Assembly: GCF_009914755.1 (NCBI RefSeq)
Contig: NC_060930.1
Reading direction: 5' to 3' (one strand)
DNA from: the human T2T-CHM13v2.0 reference genome, Homo sapiens
DNA length: 64,000 nucleotides
Positions 11,985 to 26,960 of this stretch are shown one piece after another. Every line of letters starts with the position of its first letter. Position 1 is the stretch's first letter. Position numbers and translations under genes: made by a program. The notes under the pieces are model-generated. The model saw only the letters and a program-made list of their open reading frames with translations. It did no database searches and had not been told where the DNA came from.

Positions 11985-14900
11985 ATGATGAATGTAACGA
12001 TGCCTCACATTTCAATACCAACATTTAATGTAAATGGTCTACATGCTCCACTTCAAAGATACAGAACTCCAGAATGGAAAAGAACTCACCAACCAACTCT
12101 CTGCTGCCTTCAGGAGACTCACCTAGCATGTAAGGACTCACATAAACTTAAAGTAAAGGGGTGGAAAAAGGTATTTCATGCAAATAGACACCAAAAGCAA
12201 GCAGTGGACACTATTCTTACAGCAGACAAAACAAACTTTAAAGCAATAGGAGTTAAAAGAGACAAATAGGGACATTATATAATGGTGAAAGATCTCGTCC
12301 AACAGGAAAATATCACAATCCTAAATATATATGCACCTAACACTGGAGCTCCCAAATTTATAAAACAATTACTAATAGACCTATGAAATGAGATAGATAG
12401 GAACACAATAATAGTGGGGGACTTCAATACTCCACTGACAGCACTAGACAGGTCATTAAGTCACAAAGTCAACAAAGAAACAATGTATTTAAACTATACC
12501 TTGTTGCAAATGGACTTAACAGATATATACAGAAGATTTCATCCAACATCCCTAGAATACACATTCTATTCAACAGCACATGGAACTGTCTCCAAGATAG
12601 ACCATATGATAGGCCATAAAACGAGCCTCAATAAATTAAAAAAATTGAAATATATTAAGCACTCTCTCAGACCACAGTGGAGTAAAACTGGAAATCAACT
12701 CCAAAAGGAACTTTCAAAACCATGCAAATACATGGAAATTAAATAACCTGCTCCTGAATGAGCACTGGATCAAAAACGAAATCAAGATATAAATTAAAAA
12801 ATTTTTCTAACTGAACAACAATAATGACTCAACCTAATGAAACCTCTGGGATACAGCAAAGGTGGTGCCAAGAGGAAAGCTGATAGTCGTAAACGCCTAC
12901 ATGAAAAAGACTAAGACAGTACAAGCTGACATTCTAAGGTCACACCTGAAGGAATTAGAGAAACAAGAAGAAACCAAATTCAAACCCATCAGAAGAAAGG
13001 AAATAACCAATATCACAGCAGAACTAAATGAAATTGAAACAAACAAACAACATACAAAAGATAAATGAAACAAAAAGCTGGTTCTTTGAAAAGATAAATA
13101 AAATTGACAGACCATTAGCAAGATTAACCATTAGCAAGAGAGAAAATCCAAATAATCTCACTGAGAAATGACACAGGAGACATTACAACTGGCACCACTG
13201 AAATAAAAAAGTTAATTCAAGACTACTGACACCTTCACTCACATAAACTATAAAACCTAGAAGAGATGGATAAACTCCTGGAAAAATACAACCTTCCTAG
13301 CATAAATCAGGAAGAATTAGAAACCCCAAACAGACCAATAACAAGCAGAAAGAATGAAATGAATAAAATGAAAATAATGAATAAAAAACTACCAACAAAA
13401 AAAATTCCAGGACCAGATGGATTCACAGCGGACTTCTGCCAGAAATTCAAAGAAGAACTGATATCAATCTTTTTGACACTATTCCACAAGATATGGAAAG
13501 AAGGAACCCTCTCTAATTCATTGTATGAAGCCAGCCTCACCCTAATAGCAAAATCAGGAAAAGACATAACCAAAAAAGAAAACTGCAGGCTGATATCCTT
13601 GCTAAAATCCTTAACAAAATACTAGCTAACCAAATCCAACAATATATCAAAAAGATAATCCACCATGATCAAATGGGTTTCATACCTGGAATGCAGGGAT
13701 GGTTTAACATCAAGTCAAGAAATGTGATACACCACATAAACAGAATTAAAAACAACAATCAGGTGATTATCTCAATAGATGAAGAAAAAGCATTTGACAA
13801 AATCCACATCCCTTTATGATTAAAACTCTCAGCAAAATTGGCATACAAGGTACATACCTTAAAGTAATAAAAGCCATTTATGACAAACCCACAGCCAACA
13901 TAATACTGAATGGGGAAAAGTTGAAAGCATTCTATCTGTTAACTGGAACAAGCCAAGGATGCCCACTCTCACCACTCCTCTTCAACATAGTACTGGAAGC
14001 CCTAGCCAGAGCAATCAGAAGAGAGAAAGAAATAAATGGCATCCAAATCAGTAAAGAGGAAGTCAAACTGTCACTGTTTGCTGATGATATGATTGTTTAT
14101 CTTGAAAACCCTGAGGACTCCTCCAGAAAGCTCCTAGAACTGATAAAAAAGAAATTCAGTAAAGTTTGCAGATGCAAGATCAATGTACACGAAGAGCTAC
14201 AAATCAGTAGCTCTTCTATACACCAGCAATGACCAACCAGAGAATCAAATCAAGAACTCAACCCCTTTTACAATGGCTGCAAAAGTAAATAAAATAAAAT
14301 ACTTAGGAATATACCTAACCAAAGAGTCAAAAGACCTCTACAAGGAAAACTACAAAACACTGCTGAAAGAAACTGTAGATGACATGAACAAATAGAAACA
14401 CATCCTATGCTCATATGTGGGTAGAATCAATATTGTGAAAATGACCATACTGCCAAAAGCAATCTACAAATTCAATGCAATTCCCATCAAAATACCACCA
14501 TCATTCTTCACAGAATCTGAAAAAAAAATTCTAAAATTCATATAGAACCAAAAAAGAGTCCACATATACAAAGCAAGACTAAGCAAAAAGAACAAATCTG
14601 GAGGCAACACACTACCTGATTTCAAAATATATTATAAGGCCATAGTCACCAAAACAGCATGGTGCTGGTATAAAAATAAACACATAGACCTGTGGAAACC
14701 ACAGAATAGAGAACCCAGAAATAAACCCAAATACAGCCAACCGATCTTCGATAAAGCAAACAAAAACATAAAGTGGGGAAAGGACACCCAACAAATAGTG
14801 CTGGGATAATTGGGTAGTCACATGTAGGAGAATGAAACTGTATCCTCATCTCTCACCTTATACAAAAATCAACTCAAGATGGATTAAGGACTCAAACCTA

Positions 14901-16850
14901 AGATCTGAAGCTATAAAAATCATAGAAGATAACATTGGAAAAACCCTTCTAGACATTGGCTTAGGCAAGAATTTCATGACCAAGAACCCAAAAGCAAATG
15001 CAATAAAAACAAAGATAAACAGCTGGGACCTAATTAAACTAAAGAGCTTTTGCACGGCAAAAGGCATAGTCAGCAGAGTAAACAGACAACCCACAGAGTG
15101 GGAGAAAATTCTTCACAATCTATACATCTGACAAAGAACGAATATCCAGCATCTACAATGAGCTCAAACAAACCAGTAAGAATAAAACAAACAATTCCAT
15201 CAAAAAGTGGGCTAAGGACATGAAGAGATAATTCTCAAAAGAAGATATACAAACGGCCAACAAACATAAGAAAAAATGCTCAACATCACTAATTATCAGG
15301 GAAATGCAAATCAAAATCACAATGCGATACCACCTTACTCCAGCAAGAATGACCATAATCAAAAATTCAAAAAACAGTAGATGTTGGCATGGATGTAGTG
15401 AACAGGAAACACTTCTACACCAATGGTGGGAATGTAAACTAGTACAGCCACTATGGAAAGCAGTGTGGAGATTCCTTGAAGAACTAAAAGTAGAACTACT
15501 ATTTGATCCAGCAATCCCACTTCTGGGTATCCACCCAGAGGAAAAGAAGTCATTATACGAAAAACATACTTGTACATGCATGTTCATAGAGGCACAATTC
15601 ACAATTGCAAAATCATGGAACCAATCCAAGTACTCATCAATCAACAAATGGATAAATAAATTTATATATATTTTTTATATTTATATTTATATATAAAATA
15701 TATATATAAAATATATATATATTTAAATATATATATAAATATATATAAATATATAATATATAAATATATTTATATATTATATGTTTATATATATATTTAT
15801 ATATATTTATATATAATATATTTATATATTATATATTTATATATTTATGTATAATATATTATATATATATTTATATATAATATATTTATATATATTTATA
15901 TATAATATATTTATATATTATATATTTATATATATTTATATATAATATATTTATATATTATATATTTATATATATTTATATATAATATATTTATATATTA
16001 TATATTTATATATATTTATATATAATATATTTATATATTATATATTTATATGTATTTATATATTTATATATAATATATTTATATTTTATATATTTATATA
16101 TAGTTATATATAATATATTTATATTTTATATATTTATATATAGTTATATATAATATATTTATATTTTATATATTTATATATAGTTATATATAATATATTT
16201 ATATTTTATATATGTATATATAGTTATATATAATATATTTATATTTTATATATTTATATATATTTATATATAATATATTTATATATTATATATTTATATA
16301 TTATACATAATATATATAAATACATAATATGTTTATATATTATATATTTATATATATTATGTGTAATATATAAATATATAATATATTTATATATAATATA
16401 TTTATATATTATATATTTATATATTTATATATATTTATATATTATATATTTATATATATTTATATATTATATATATCATATATTTATATGTATTTATATG
16501 TTATATATTTATATATTATATATTTATATATTATATATTTATATATATTTATATATTATATATTTATATATTATATATTTATATATATTTATATATATTT
16601 ATATATTATATATTTATATATTATATATTTCTATATATTTATATATAAATATATTTATATTTCTATATAGTATATATTTATATACATATATTTATAAATA
16701 AATATATTTATATTTCTATATAGTATATATTTATATACATATATTTATATATATTGCATATATTTATATACATATATATTTTTGTACATTTATATATATG
16801 ATGGAATACGCCACAGCCATGAAAGGGAATGAATTAACTGCATTTGCAGT
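11985..16850 (+). pseudogene. Decayed L1 ORF2 (endonuclease, reverse transcriptase, C-terminal domain) interrupted near its end by a TA expansion
   Basis: NVNGL, CCLQETHL, GDFNTPL, SKIDH (EN); [30 protein letters not shown] (RT); [13 protein letters not shown] (C-terminal). Many stops. Confidence 0.95.
15660..16800. repeat. ~1.14 kb AT-rich microsatellite/minisatellite with 40-bp higher-order units
   Basis: Almost pure A/T. Unit tataatatatttatatattatatatttatatatatttata x3+ from 15901; unit taatatatttatattttatatatttatatatagttatata ~x5 from 16071. Confidence 0.97.
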
Positions 16851-17493
16851 GACCTGGATGAGATTGGAGACTATTATTCTAAGTGAAGTAATTCAGGAAT
16901 GGAAAACCAAAGATCGTATGTTCTCACTCCATATGTGGGATCTAAGCTATGAGGATGCAAAGGCCTAAGAATGATTCAATGGACTTTGCGGACTTGGGGG
17001 TAAGAGCGGGAGGGGAGTGAGGGATAAAAGACTACAAATATGGTGATGTGTATACGGCTTAGGTGAAGGGTGCAGCAAAATCTCAGAAATCACTACTAAA
17101 GAACTTACCCATGTAACCAAATATCACCTGTACCCCAATAACTTATGGAAAAAAATAAATAAAAATTTTAAAAAGTTAATGTCAAAAAATAAAAAAATCT
17201 CTATTAAACACAATGTTTATATATATGTTTTATATTAAAAATCTGCTTGTGGATTTATTTTATAGTCTGTGGCTAAAAAATTTGGAGTCATGAGGACACC
17301 AATATTCTCTCCTCATTACAATGTCCAATACATGCCAAATCAAACAATATTTGCATAATTAACTGGAAAACTTATAAAATATAAGAGGCATTAATCATTT
17401 AAACATTTTTTAAGAAGTAGAATCCATAAGGAGGAAAGTACTCAATCACAAGTATACAGTTCAGAGACTATTTACAAAGTGAACAGGCTCACA

Positions 17494-17921
17494 TGTAGTG
17501 GGTTGAGTGGTGGCTTCAAAAAGAAAAGCCCATATCCTAATACCCAGAAACTATGTATGTGACTTTATTTGGAAAAGGGTTTTTGCAAATGTAATTAAGC
17601 AACAGATTTTGAGATGTTATCATCCTGTATATCTGGGTGGTGGGCCTTAAATTCATAGCAATTTATAAAGGACAGAAAAGGGTAAGACAGAGACACAGAG
17701 ACTATCTTGGAATTGTGCAACCACAAGCCAAGAAACAACAGAAACCAAGTGGAAGAGGAAAAAAGGATTCTTCCCCAGAGCCTTCAGAGGGAGCACAGCC
17801 CCATTGACACCTTGACTTAAGACTTCTGGCCTCCAGAGCTGTGAAGAAAAAAAACAAAATGGTTGTTGTAATCAATCTAGTTTGGGATGATTTGTTACAG
17901 CAGTCTTAAGATATCAATGTA
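17494..17921 (+). mobile_element. MLT1 (MaLR) solo LTR, MLT1B/C-like
   Basis: tgtagtgggttga...gactttatttggaaaagggtttttgcaaatgtaattaag...gagccttcagagggagcacagccc...gatttgttacagcag. Near-TSD tcaca/acaca. Confidence 0.85.
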
Positions 17922-18350
17922 ACACATAGCCACCAAGGTCAAGAAGTAGACTGTTAATAACACTTAAGTATCCCCTCTTGTTCCAACCACATTCTTCTTC
18001 CTAACAGCACAGATAATTTGTGAATGCTTTTGAATTATATATGAATGAAGTCATGCAGTATTTTTTATGACTAGTTTCTTTTGCTCATATTACATTTGTG
18101 AAATTTAGTAGTGTCACTGATGCCATTTATATTTTCATTTTTGAATAATAATTTCATTTTACAAATGCATCACACTTTATTTGACTAACTGGCAATGGAC
18201 TTATTAGCTTTTGGTAATTTTGTGTAATTCTATAATTTTTAGTAATTGCATTACAAATTCTTGGATACTTCTTCGGGATACATGTGCATATTTTTCTACT
18301 GAGTATAGAAATTATATTGCTGGGTCACATTCAAATTTAGTTTAGTTCCT
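17922..18350 (-). mobile_element. Ancient L1ME 3' fragment (host of the MLT1; also ~17400-17493)
   Basis: Degenerate L1ME 3' UTR antisense phrases (caccaaggtcaagaagtagactgtt, ttcttttgctcatattacatttgtgaaattt, attgctgggtca). Confidence 0.6.
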
Positions 18351-18851
18351 GCTTCTGTAATTCCCCCTAGAGCCAATTGTCCTATATATACTAACGTGGT
18401 TCCCCCCTTCCCATTTTCTACCTACATATAATCAGAAAATCTGCTTGGACTAAAAGCAAAAATCTTCAGTATAGATTGTTACAGTAGGGTGTATTTCCTT
18501 TATTGTGAAGAGACATATTTATTTGGTATGACTGCCTGAAGTGATCTAATTATACTATTGATAAATAAACCTTTGCAGTGCCCACTGCTTGCTTAACCTG
18601 CTACAACACCATTCTCAGAGATATTACATAGGATCAAAATCTCATTTTTCACATTTGCCCCATGGTCTGCTTTCATCTCCAATCCTTCAAGATCCAGTCT
18701 CGAAGGTGAACTATTCCATGACTCCCTCCTGCCCTATCCAAGTTAGATTTTGTTTTAGCAGGTTTTTTGGATTGTTGTTTTTAAGTTTTTATTTAGCTTT
18801 TTATTATATAGTGAGACCGGCCCTCAATATGGAGTCAACATGGTTGGAGCT

Positions 18852-19174
<323 letters not shown>

Positions 19175-19501
19175 TTATCATGCTTGTGAAAGCAACTAAA
19201 TGGCAGAATAATACGAATAATATCTAATTATTATGTTTGTGTTTGTTATTCCTTTATTAAATGGAATTTTGATAATCTAGGAAGGACTCTACTGTTCCTG
19301 ACAGATCAAATATCTAAAAATATCAAATAACCTGATTAGTTTATTGTGAATAACAGAAAACAAAACAAAAAACACTAATAGCTTGCCATTTTTTTTTGTT
19401 TTTCCAGTAATAAACCCTAAATATAAGGGCTCCCAATTAAAACAAAGTAATGGAGGTCCTAGCATTAATTTAAAAAATGAGTTACTAATGAAGGGTTATT
19501 A

Positions 19502-19938
19502 CAGTTGACCCTTGAAGAACATAGATTTGAACTCTATGGGTTCACTTACATGTGAATTTTCTTCTGCCTCTGCCATTCTTGAGACAGAAAGACCAATATA
19601 TCCTGTTATTCCTCCTTCTCAGCTCATTCAAAGGGAAGACAACCAGGATGAAGGCTTTTAGGATGATCCACTCCCACTTAATGAATAGCAAATACATTTT
19701 CTTTCCTATGATTTTTAAAAATAAAATTTTCTTTCCCCCAGCTTACTTTAGTGTAAGAATACAATAAAAAATACATATAATATAAAACATTTAATTGACT
19801 GTTTTGTTATTGGTATGACTTTCAGTCGATTATAGGTTATAAGAAGTTCAGTTTTGGGGAAGCTAAACTTATGCATGGATTTTTGATTGCACAAGGGGTT
19901 GGTGCCTCCAATTCCCATTGTTGTTCAAGGGCCCACTA
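19502..19938 (+). mobile_element. Tigger2a (TcMar-Tigger) non-autonomous DNA transposon
   Basis: Terminal inverted repeats cagttgacccttgaagaa and ttgttcaagggcccacta, TA target duplication, internal gatgatccactcccacttaatgaatag. Confidence 0.88.
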
Positions 19939-20399
19939 TATTTTGCTCATCCTAGAAAGCAGCTTTTATGCACCAGAATTGGTACCCCCTTTCTTTGACT
20001 TTCTTACAATATTTTAGTAAAAGGAATATGATTATGTGGGAGAAATTATTGCTAGTTTCTCCAATAACCCTATTTCTGCCCATGGATGTACCATTCTGGA
20101 TCAATTTTTCATCTGAATATTATTTAGCAAACATTTATCCTGGCATTTGATAGATCTGACCAAAAGTCTTAATTTCTACTGCTTAATTCCCATTGCTATT
20201 GAAAGTTTGCATTACTTTTTAATGTGCATGTACTTCGTGGTTCTCAAAGTATTTAACAAACAAAAGTTGTACAGTAAAGATTTGTTAAAGAAAGGAAAAA
20301 GGAAATGAAAAATGAGGATGAAGAAATGGAGACCTCTTCTTTTATTATTACAGCACATTTGGGCACAGGATTTTAAGTGTTCATTTCTTAGAATGCTAT

Positions 20400-20885
20400 T
20401 GACTGCCTTAATATTTCTCTCAGTTTGCCTGAACTTCAGACGGGATTCTTTCTGACTATAGGCTTCTGACCTACCTTTTCTTACAGCATTTACTTGGGAA
20501 ACTGGCAATTGTAAATTTTTTCTCTGGCTCTTTGAGATGTAAACCTTATATAACCCAGGAACATCTTTCTCAAGAACTTTGGAACTATTGCTTTGAATCG
20601 TAATCATATAGAACCTAGAGACTGTCTTTTAAACTCTGTGGGAGAGTAGAAGCTTAACTTCACACAACAATCAGTAAACACGAATAACCTAATCACATGG
20701 ACCAAGCACCCTCAACATCCTCCAGTACTTTTCAATTAGCTGGCTCCAGTGTTTTAAAATCCTCCAGCCTTTTGTTTCAATGGAGTTGAGTTCAATCTGC
20801 CTTTCCCATTGCAATATAATCTTAACCCTTATTACGATAGTATTGAATAAAGTTTTCCTTGTCATTTTTAACAAGTATTGTGTTA
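20400..20885 (+). mobile_element. ERV1-class LTR (MER31/MER34-like)
   Basis: LTR-like phrases (ttgtaaattttttctctggctctttgagatgtaaa; ggagttgagttcaatct; attgaataaagttttccttgtc). Subfamily and ends uncertain. Confidence 0.6.
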
Positions 20886-22959
20886 TTATGTATTATGTGC
20901 AAGTTTTCTTTTATACTACCTCCCTTACTGTCTCCTTACCTTTTCAGTTCCTCATTATCTTTCATACTTTAGGTCAGATGTTATGACACATCTATTTCCA
21001 AGAGACAAAAGAGTAATGAGACTAAAGTGAACTCAAGAATGTAACTCTCCCCACACAACACTGGGCTCATTTAAATTTTAAAATGTCACCATTTTCTATG
21101 GAAGCCAAGTTCAATCCTCCTCCCTTCAGAGACAGCAACATTTTGGGTAGAGAAAGTCATCCTTTATATTTCACAAACCGAGGAGGCTTGAATGAAATAA
21201 ACAAAAAGGACAAGGGGTCCAGAATCTATTTTCAAGGAGCAATGGATAACAAATGGAGAAAACATTTAAAGGAAAGATGACAAGAGGAAGACACAGGTCA
21301 CTTAGAGAATCAGAAAAAATAACAACAAAGAGATAAATTTGAAAGTGCTAATTTTAAAAATGTGAAAATAAACAAAATTCTTTAAGCCTCTGCCAAGTAA
21401 TCCATGAACTTTGTACATTCCTATTGCACAAAACAGGTGGATGAACTGATAACTTCTGAACAGTCAGTGGGAAAATGATTCTTTTCCTGTAGACGTACAG
21501 TCAGATAGGGTAACCCACCAGACTGGAGGTATCATAGGCATATTCTTTTCCACTTCTCCAACTGCTTCTCTTTCATCATCCTTAATCAACCTTAGAAAAA
21601 AAAAAAGAAATATCTCGTATGGATTACATAGTACTAGAATCAGTAATTTAGACCTTGAAATTCTAGGATGTAGTATAATGAACTTTAACTTCTAAAAAAG
21701 AAGGAACTAGAAGTAAATCATGTGTAGCTTATTTTAAGAGTTTTGTTTTTTAAAAAGTAAGGATGAACATTAGAAAATCCTCAAGTAAATCTATGATGTG
21801 TTATGTTTCAGCAATGCCAATATTTGTGAAAGCACTTTATACATTATTTTCTCCTGCATAGAATCCTCCAGTGGTTCTTCATAGTTTTTATGATATATTT
21901 TATATTATTGTTTAGAAGATAATTTTCCTCAGAATATGGTTCTGCCTACCTTTTTTGTACTCATTTGCCTTCTTTACCTCTTAAACCTTATTTGGAACAT
22001 CAATATTTGTGTTTGTTGAGTAAATCATGTAACAGCTATTTCTGACAGGAGTGATAATATAATGAGCATATTTATCTAACAACATGTAGTCATTTTTCTC
22101 TCTTAAAATGATGTAAACCGAACTACCTCTGCTTATTGTACAATACTTCTACCTGTTTGCTGACTTTGGTACCTTTCATTTTGATGCTAAAATATTTGCT
22201 GATCCTCAGCTATCTGCTCATTTTTAAGAGTGAGGCACTATAGACATTCATTGGAAGCACATGAGGGCAGGTCTTATAAACTGGTAAAGTTCACCGTAGA
22301 TTAATCAAACATCAATGTGGTTTATATTTTGTATAAGCTGTATATCAGTACAGTTTACCTGGCTCTAACAGGTAAAGCGTATTGATAAAGAAGGGTATCT
22401 AACATGATGCTAAAGCTCAGGGATGTCTTTTTTTTTGGCTCCCAATGAGAGTTCCAAGTGACAATAGAACCTTAGCTTCACTGACTCTCTTTTATTCTAA
22501 AATTTTTCATCTTCTTTTTTGATTTTGTGTTTTTGTTTTTGTTCATTAACAACCACTAAATTATTCTCCATTAGTAGCAGTAACTAGGAAGAGTTTGGCT
22601 TTATCATCTGATCATTTCATGACTATGGCTGAAGGATGACAGAAATGTGTTCTATCACCCATGAGAGATGATGAAGAATTCATTTTGTTAATATTTTTCA
22701 TATATTTTTCTATTTTTGAGCTCAAATATATGAATAATTTCATGCCCCATGGGAAGAAATGTGTGAGTTTTTTGTGTGTGTTTATTTGTAATCTGTAGTT
22801 GAAGTTGTAGAGCTAGAGCTGAAGCTATAATTCAAGCTCTTTATGTGCTTGTCTGTGAGTTTATAAACAAGAAACTTTTGACATTTACCTATGACTATAA
22901 AATGTTTTCTTACCTCAAGAATTTATTAATACATTATTATAAAAGAATGTGCATGCCTG

Positions 22960-23286
22960 TAGAAAGTTGTGCTATTTAAAAGACAAAGTGCACTGGACAA
23001 TTCAGGAGACGATCTTATTTACTTTATTGTAATAAGGAGAATTTTAATTAATGAGAAACATCCCAGAAGAAAAAGAAGAATCTGGGGTTTAATAGAAGCT
23101 GGCAAACAAAGGAGTAATCCACAAGTGTATGAACGTCATGAACAAGGAGGCAGAAGTATTTTACTTCAAAATATGTGAGAATATGACAGATCTTTGCCAT
23201 GAAACACATGATCACAAGGGTGGGGAACTTCTTTGTTGTTGCTGCTTTCTAGGAACATAGTGCTCAGATAAAATTCAACATTGACA
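22960..23286 (-). mobile_element. ERV1-class LTR fragment (MER31/MER34-like)
   Basis: Minus strand begins tgtcaatgttgaattttatctgagcactatgttcctagaaagc, with an AATAAA near 23005. Confidence 0.45.
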
Positions 23287-23699
23287 GTTACATGCACTTG
23301 GTTAATATTTTAAAACGTTTGTATGAATCAATTCTCATTTATCTACCTGCCATTTCTTTATATACTATGTAAGATAGATCACTCTCGTTAAAAGTTAATA
23401 GTTAATATTGCTAGTGGAGTCGATATGATGAGCAATAGTGACAGAAATATGTGTATGTGTGTGCGCTTTCTTCCCAAAGAGATATAGAAAAATTTTATCT
23501 CAAAATATCAGCTTCTTCTAGAATATAAAAGCAAATACAGCAATGAACATATAAAGAAAGACAATTCTATCTTAGCTGAGTCTGAATAGAAGCCATAACA
23601 CATATTAAAATTTTTACAAAGTTTGCTCATTTCTGATGGGCTTATGCCTTTGTTTTATTGGCTAATTTCTTCCCCTTCAATAGGAAATATTATTCTTTA

Positions 23700-24129
23700 C
23701 TTTCTATGAAATTTGCCTACATTGAAAAAATTCCCTGTCTTATCAGAATTGTTTTTAATTATTTCAAAGGAGATGGTAACCCTATCTTCCAGTTTCTGTG
23801 AAAGCGTTGGGACCTAACTCTGGTAGGTATATTGCTCCAAGTTGTAAAACTGCCTCCTGTCATAAAGATATGAGAAATTTATTTTTCCTTTGGATAAAGC
23901 CAATTAGCAAACACAGATGCCCTGTGACTGCACTCTAACATTTTTAAATATTTTTCCACTAGCTCACCCCAGTCTTTAAAAACCTGCAGCCTCCTGCTCC
24001 TGCATAATTTAGTTCAGACTTAGTTCTGGTCTCTCTCTCTCTCTTATTGCAATAGCCCCTTTCCCTCCTATGCAATACGGCTTTCAAATAAACGTCTGTA
24101 CTAAACCTGGATTTGTTTTTCATTTGACA
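23700..24129 (+). mobile_element. ERV1-class LTR (MER67/MER31-like)
   Basis: cctcctgtcataaagatatgagaaa...ggataaagccaattagcaaacacagatg...aaataaa...tttgtttttcatttgaca (ends in CA). Confidence 0.6.
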
Positions 24130-25539
24130 CGTTTGACAAATTCATGTTATATTTGCATAAAAATCAAGGTTTTCTGGGATTTTTTTGAAAAAATTATTTG
24201 AGCACTTCAAATGTCAAAATTTGGAGCCCCTCCCCACCGACCAGGAAAAAATTCTTTAATTTAAATTAGGAAAGAGTTAAAGACCTGGCTGCTGGTATTA
24301 TAGGAGCAGAGTGGAAGGTTAGAACTGAAAATTCTGAATCAGCATGTAATAAGCTATCATTTTTTCCTCACAATTTTTCATTGCCCTCTGCTTCATTTTT
24401 GGTTTCTAATTTCAAAGCTCTTCTTGTTTAGTTTCTTCAATTTATAACTTTCCTAAGTTCTTCAGAGGAGTCATCTGCCTGTATAAATAAAGGAAGTCAC
24501 TGAAGAAGGGTGGTGGGGAGAAAGTTTAACTCTTCTAAATACAGACTTTTAATCAGTCATTCTAGGTCTTATATTTCCATCACTCACATTCATTTCCATT
24601 TCCCAAGCTGAGTTACCAATTTATGTCTTTCAAATGTTATATTTTTCATTGATAGTATGAATATTTTCCTCATACTTCTTTGTTGATCAAATATTTGACA
24701 AACTTATAGTCACCAGATTGGTTTATACATGTAAATTGCTAAAATCTCTAAAAGTTTATTCTATTTTTAGATATGTATTAAAAATTTTTAAAGGAGATAT
24801 GTTATCAAAACACCAAGTATCATTATAATTGCATTTATGAAGCTCTGTAGTTCTATTATGTCAATCAAGACAAAAGTTCCTGATAGATTAAAAAAAATCA
24901 TTAATAGTGTGAAATTTTTAATTGTGAGAGAAAAGAGATTTTTTTAACTGAGTTCTATAGATTTTCCACAAAGGGCTTCCCTAAATCTAAAAGGAGAAAT
25001 GACTCAGGAATTCCTCTGTTTAGGAATAGAGGGTGAAATGTGTTGTAATTTTAGCTGTGCCAATGAGTAGTACAGATGGGATGAAGAGATAGCCAGGCAG
25101 ATGGTGCCAAAGCAAGAATAGCAGCTGCTGGTGAGTGAGAGCTGAGCAGATGGTGCAATGGCATAGGCCACGGCAGCCATCAGCAGTGAGAAGTATTATA
25201 AGTTCATGTTAGAAGATTCTGGAACAGCTGTCCTGAACCTAGTACAATATGAGGCCCTTAATTTCAATGATCATTTGTTAGTATGCACTGGTATTGAGTG
25301 TTGAGGAAAGACACCAGTGATTATTGAGCAGGCTGATGCTTCTGTAAGAATACAGTCATTGATTTTATCTTTTCAGTAATCTCACTAGGCAAAGAAAATG
25401 TTATTTATTGTGTGTATACTTGCAGGTACAAGAAGGAGCCCTAATATTTGCATAAGGCATTATTGTTGATGATTTTTAAGCACTACCAAAACATATCATT
25501 TCTTAATCCTTCAAGCTGGTTTTTCTTATGGCACGAAAG

Positions 25540-25700
25540 CCTTCAGATGCATAAGACACAAAAGGGTAGTGGCTGAAAAATAACAATTCCTGTTCTTTCT
25601 CAAAACTGTTAAATCAGAAATTCTATGAATAAAGCCATAAATTTATGGTTAACAACCCTCTCCAGGGAATTCTATGCACACTAAATTTAGTCCCCACCTT
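25540..25700. mobile_element. MER5-like hAT relic
   Basis: ttaaatcagaaattctatg...ttaacaaccctctccagggaattctatgcacactaaatt resembles MER5A/B. Confidence 0.45.
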
Positions 25701-26729
25701 AAGGATATTTAGGGAAATGTTGACAAAAATGTAAAATCTGTTTGAATAAGTATAGCTGCAATGAAAATAAGTTAAAATAAGTTTTTTTTAACTTATGTGT
25801 ATAGGAAGTCATATGAGATGATTTTGACTTCATATGTGACTAGATGCAGATGCTCAAATGTTATTGCTCTTTCTCATTCTCAGTCTTTCAGATCTGCTTG
25901 TCTCTGCTGGGCCTCTTTTGACGGAGTAGGAAGGTTTATCTTCCAAACAATTCCTCTCCTTGTCCCTGAAAATGACTGTTCTTAATTGTATTGTATTCCT
26001 GTCTTGGGAAACAATAATTCCCAGGTCTGCAATGGGAAATTTTTATCATAGGCCAGCAAGTGTAATGACCAGAGAAAAAGTGAATATGGATAGTTTGGGG
26101 GACTGAATATAGTTTAACAGAACTCAAACTAGAACAGGATAGGGGTGGGCCTAAAAATAGAGAGTAAATCAAAATATTCATATGCTAAAAAGTCTGAACC
26201 TTATTTTTGAGGAGATTTTTAAAATGACATTGAAAGATTTACTCAGGCAATTGGCAGTTTTAGATAATCATTTTTGAAAGATTATCTTTCTCATTCCTTT
26301 AATTCTTAGGGACAAATACTGTTCAAAGACACCTTGAAATTTAAGGAATCTTAACAATGGAACTCCTCTCACACCTCTATCTCCCTGCCTCAAAATGTGT
26401 TCAGCTTAAAACTGACAAGTGGATGGAAACTAAACATTTTCTGAATAATTTACTATGAAACCCAGAACTTCTAGTTCTTCAATGCTTTAATTTTAGTATA
26501 AGAGTGGTAATGTGTATTGGCCACATTTTAAAAAATGAACCATAGAGGAAAGAATGCTATTCATGTAAGAAATTAGTATCTTTACAGCATACTGACAAAT
26601 TTGTTTGCACCTGCTTCTCTGTAATGTGAAAATGTCCCATCTTAAAACTGATGTTCCATATCTCCTGACCTAATCATTAAAAAATGTTAAAGATTAAGAG
26701 TTTATGATGATAGAATAAAACAGCTTTCC

Positions 26730-26960
26730 AGTATTGAGTATTTAAAATATGCAAAGAGCTCAACATGTGTTTTTATCACTTAATTCTCATTATAATTCTA
26801 CTAGGAAGTACTATAACACTTCTCATTTTTCTGTTGAAGGGTTTGAGACTTTAGGAAATTAAATAACCAGGCCGAGATCACATAAGAATAAATGGTAGAG
26901 ATAAGATTTGAATGGTTTTCTCTCTGATCTCAGGATATATATATATTCTTAACCACTATG
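26730..26960 (-). mobile_element. MIR
   Basis: cacttaattctcatt...ctcatttttctgttgaagggtttgagactt...aagatttgaa...cttaaccactatg matches the MIR core in antisense. Confidence 0.65.

Larger units (their letters stand above)
9533..17190 (+). mobile_element. Full-length LINE-1, L1PB1-like
   Basis: Long 5' UTR (~9533-10940), ORF1, ORF2, L1PB-type 3' UTR (gaacttacccatgtaaccaaatatcacctgtaccccaataac) and A-rich tail. Possible degenerate TSD at 9518-9532 and 17192-17206 (11/15 match). Confidence 0.92.

Noticed and set aside
11985-15696. L1 ORF2 fragments as a functional reverse transcriptase gene
   Set aside because: Broken by many stops and frameshifts into pieces of 138 aa or less.
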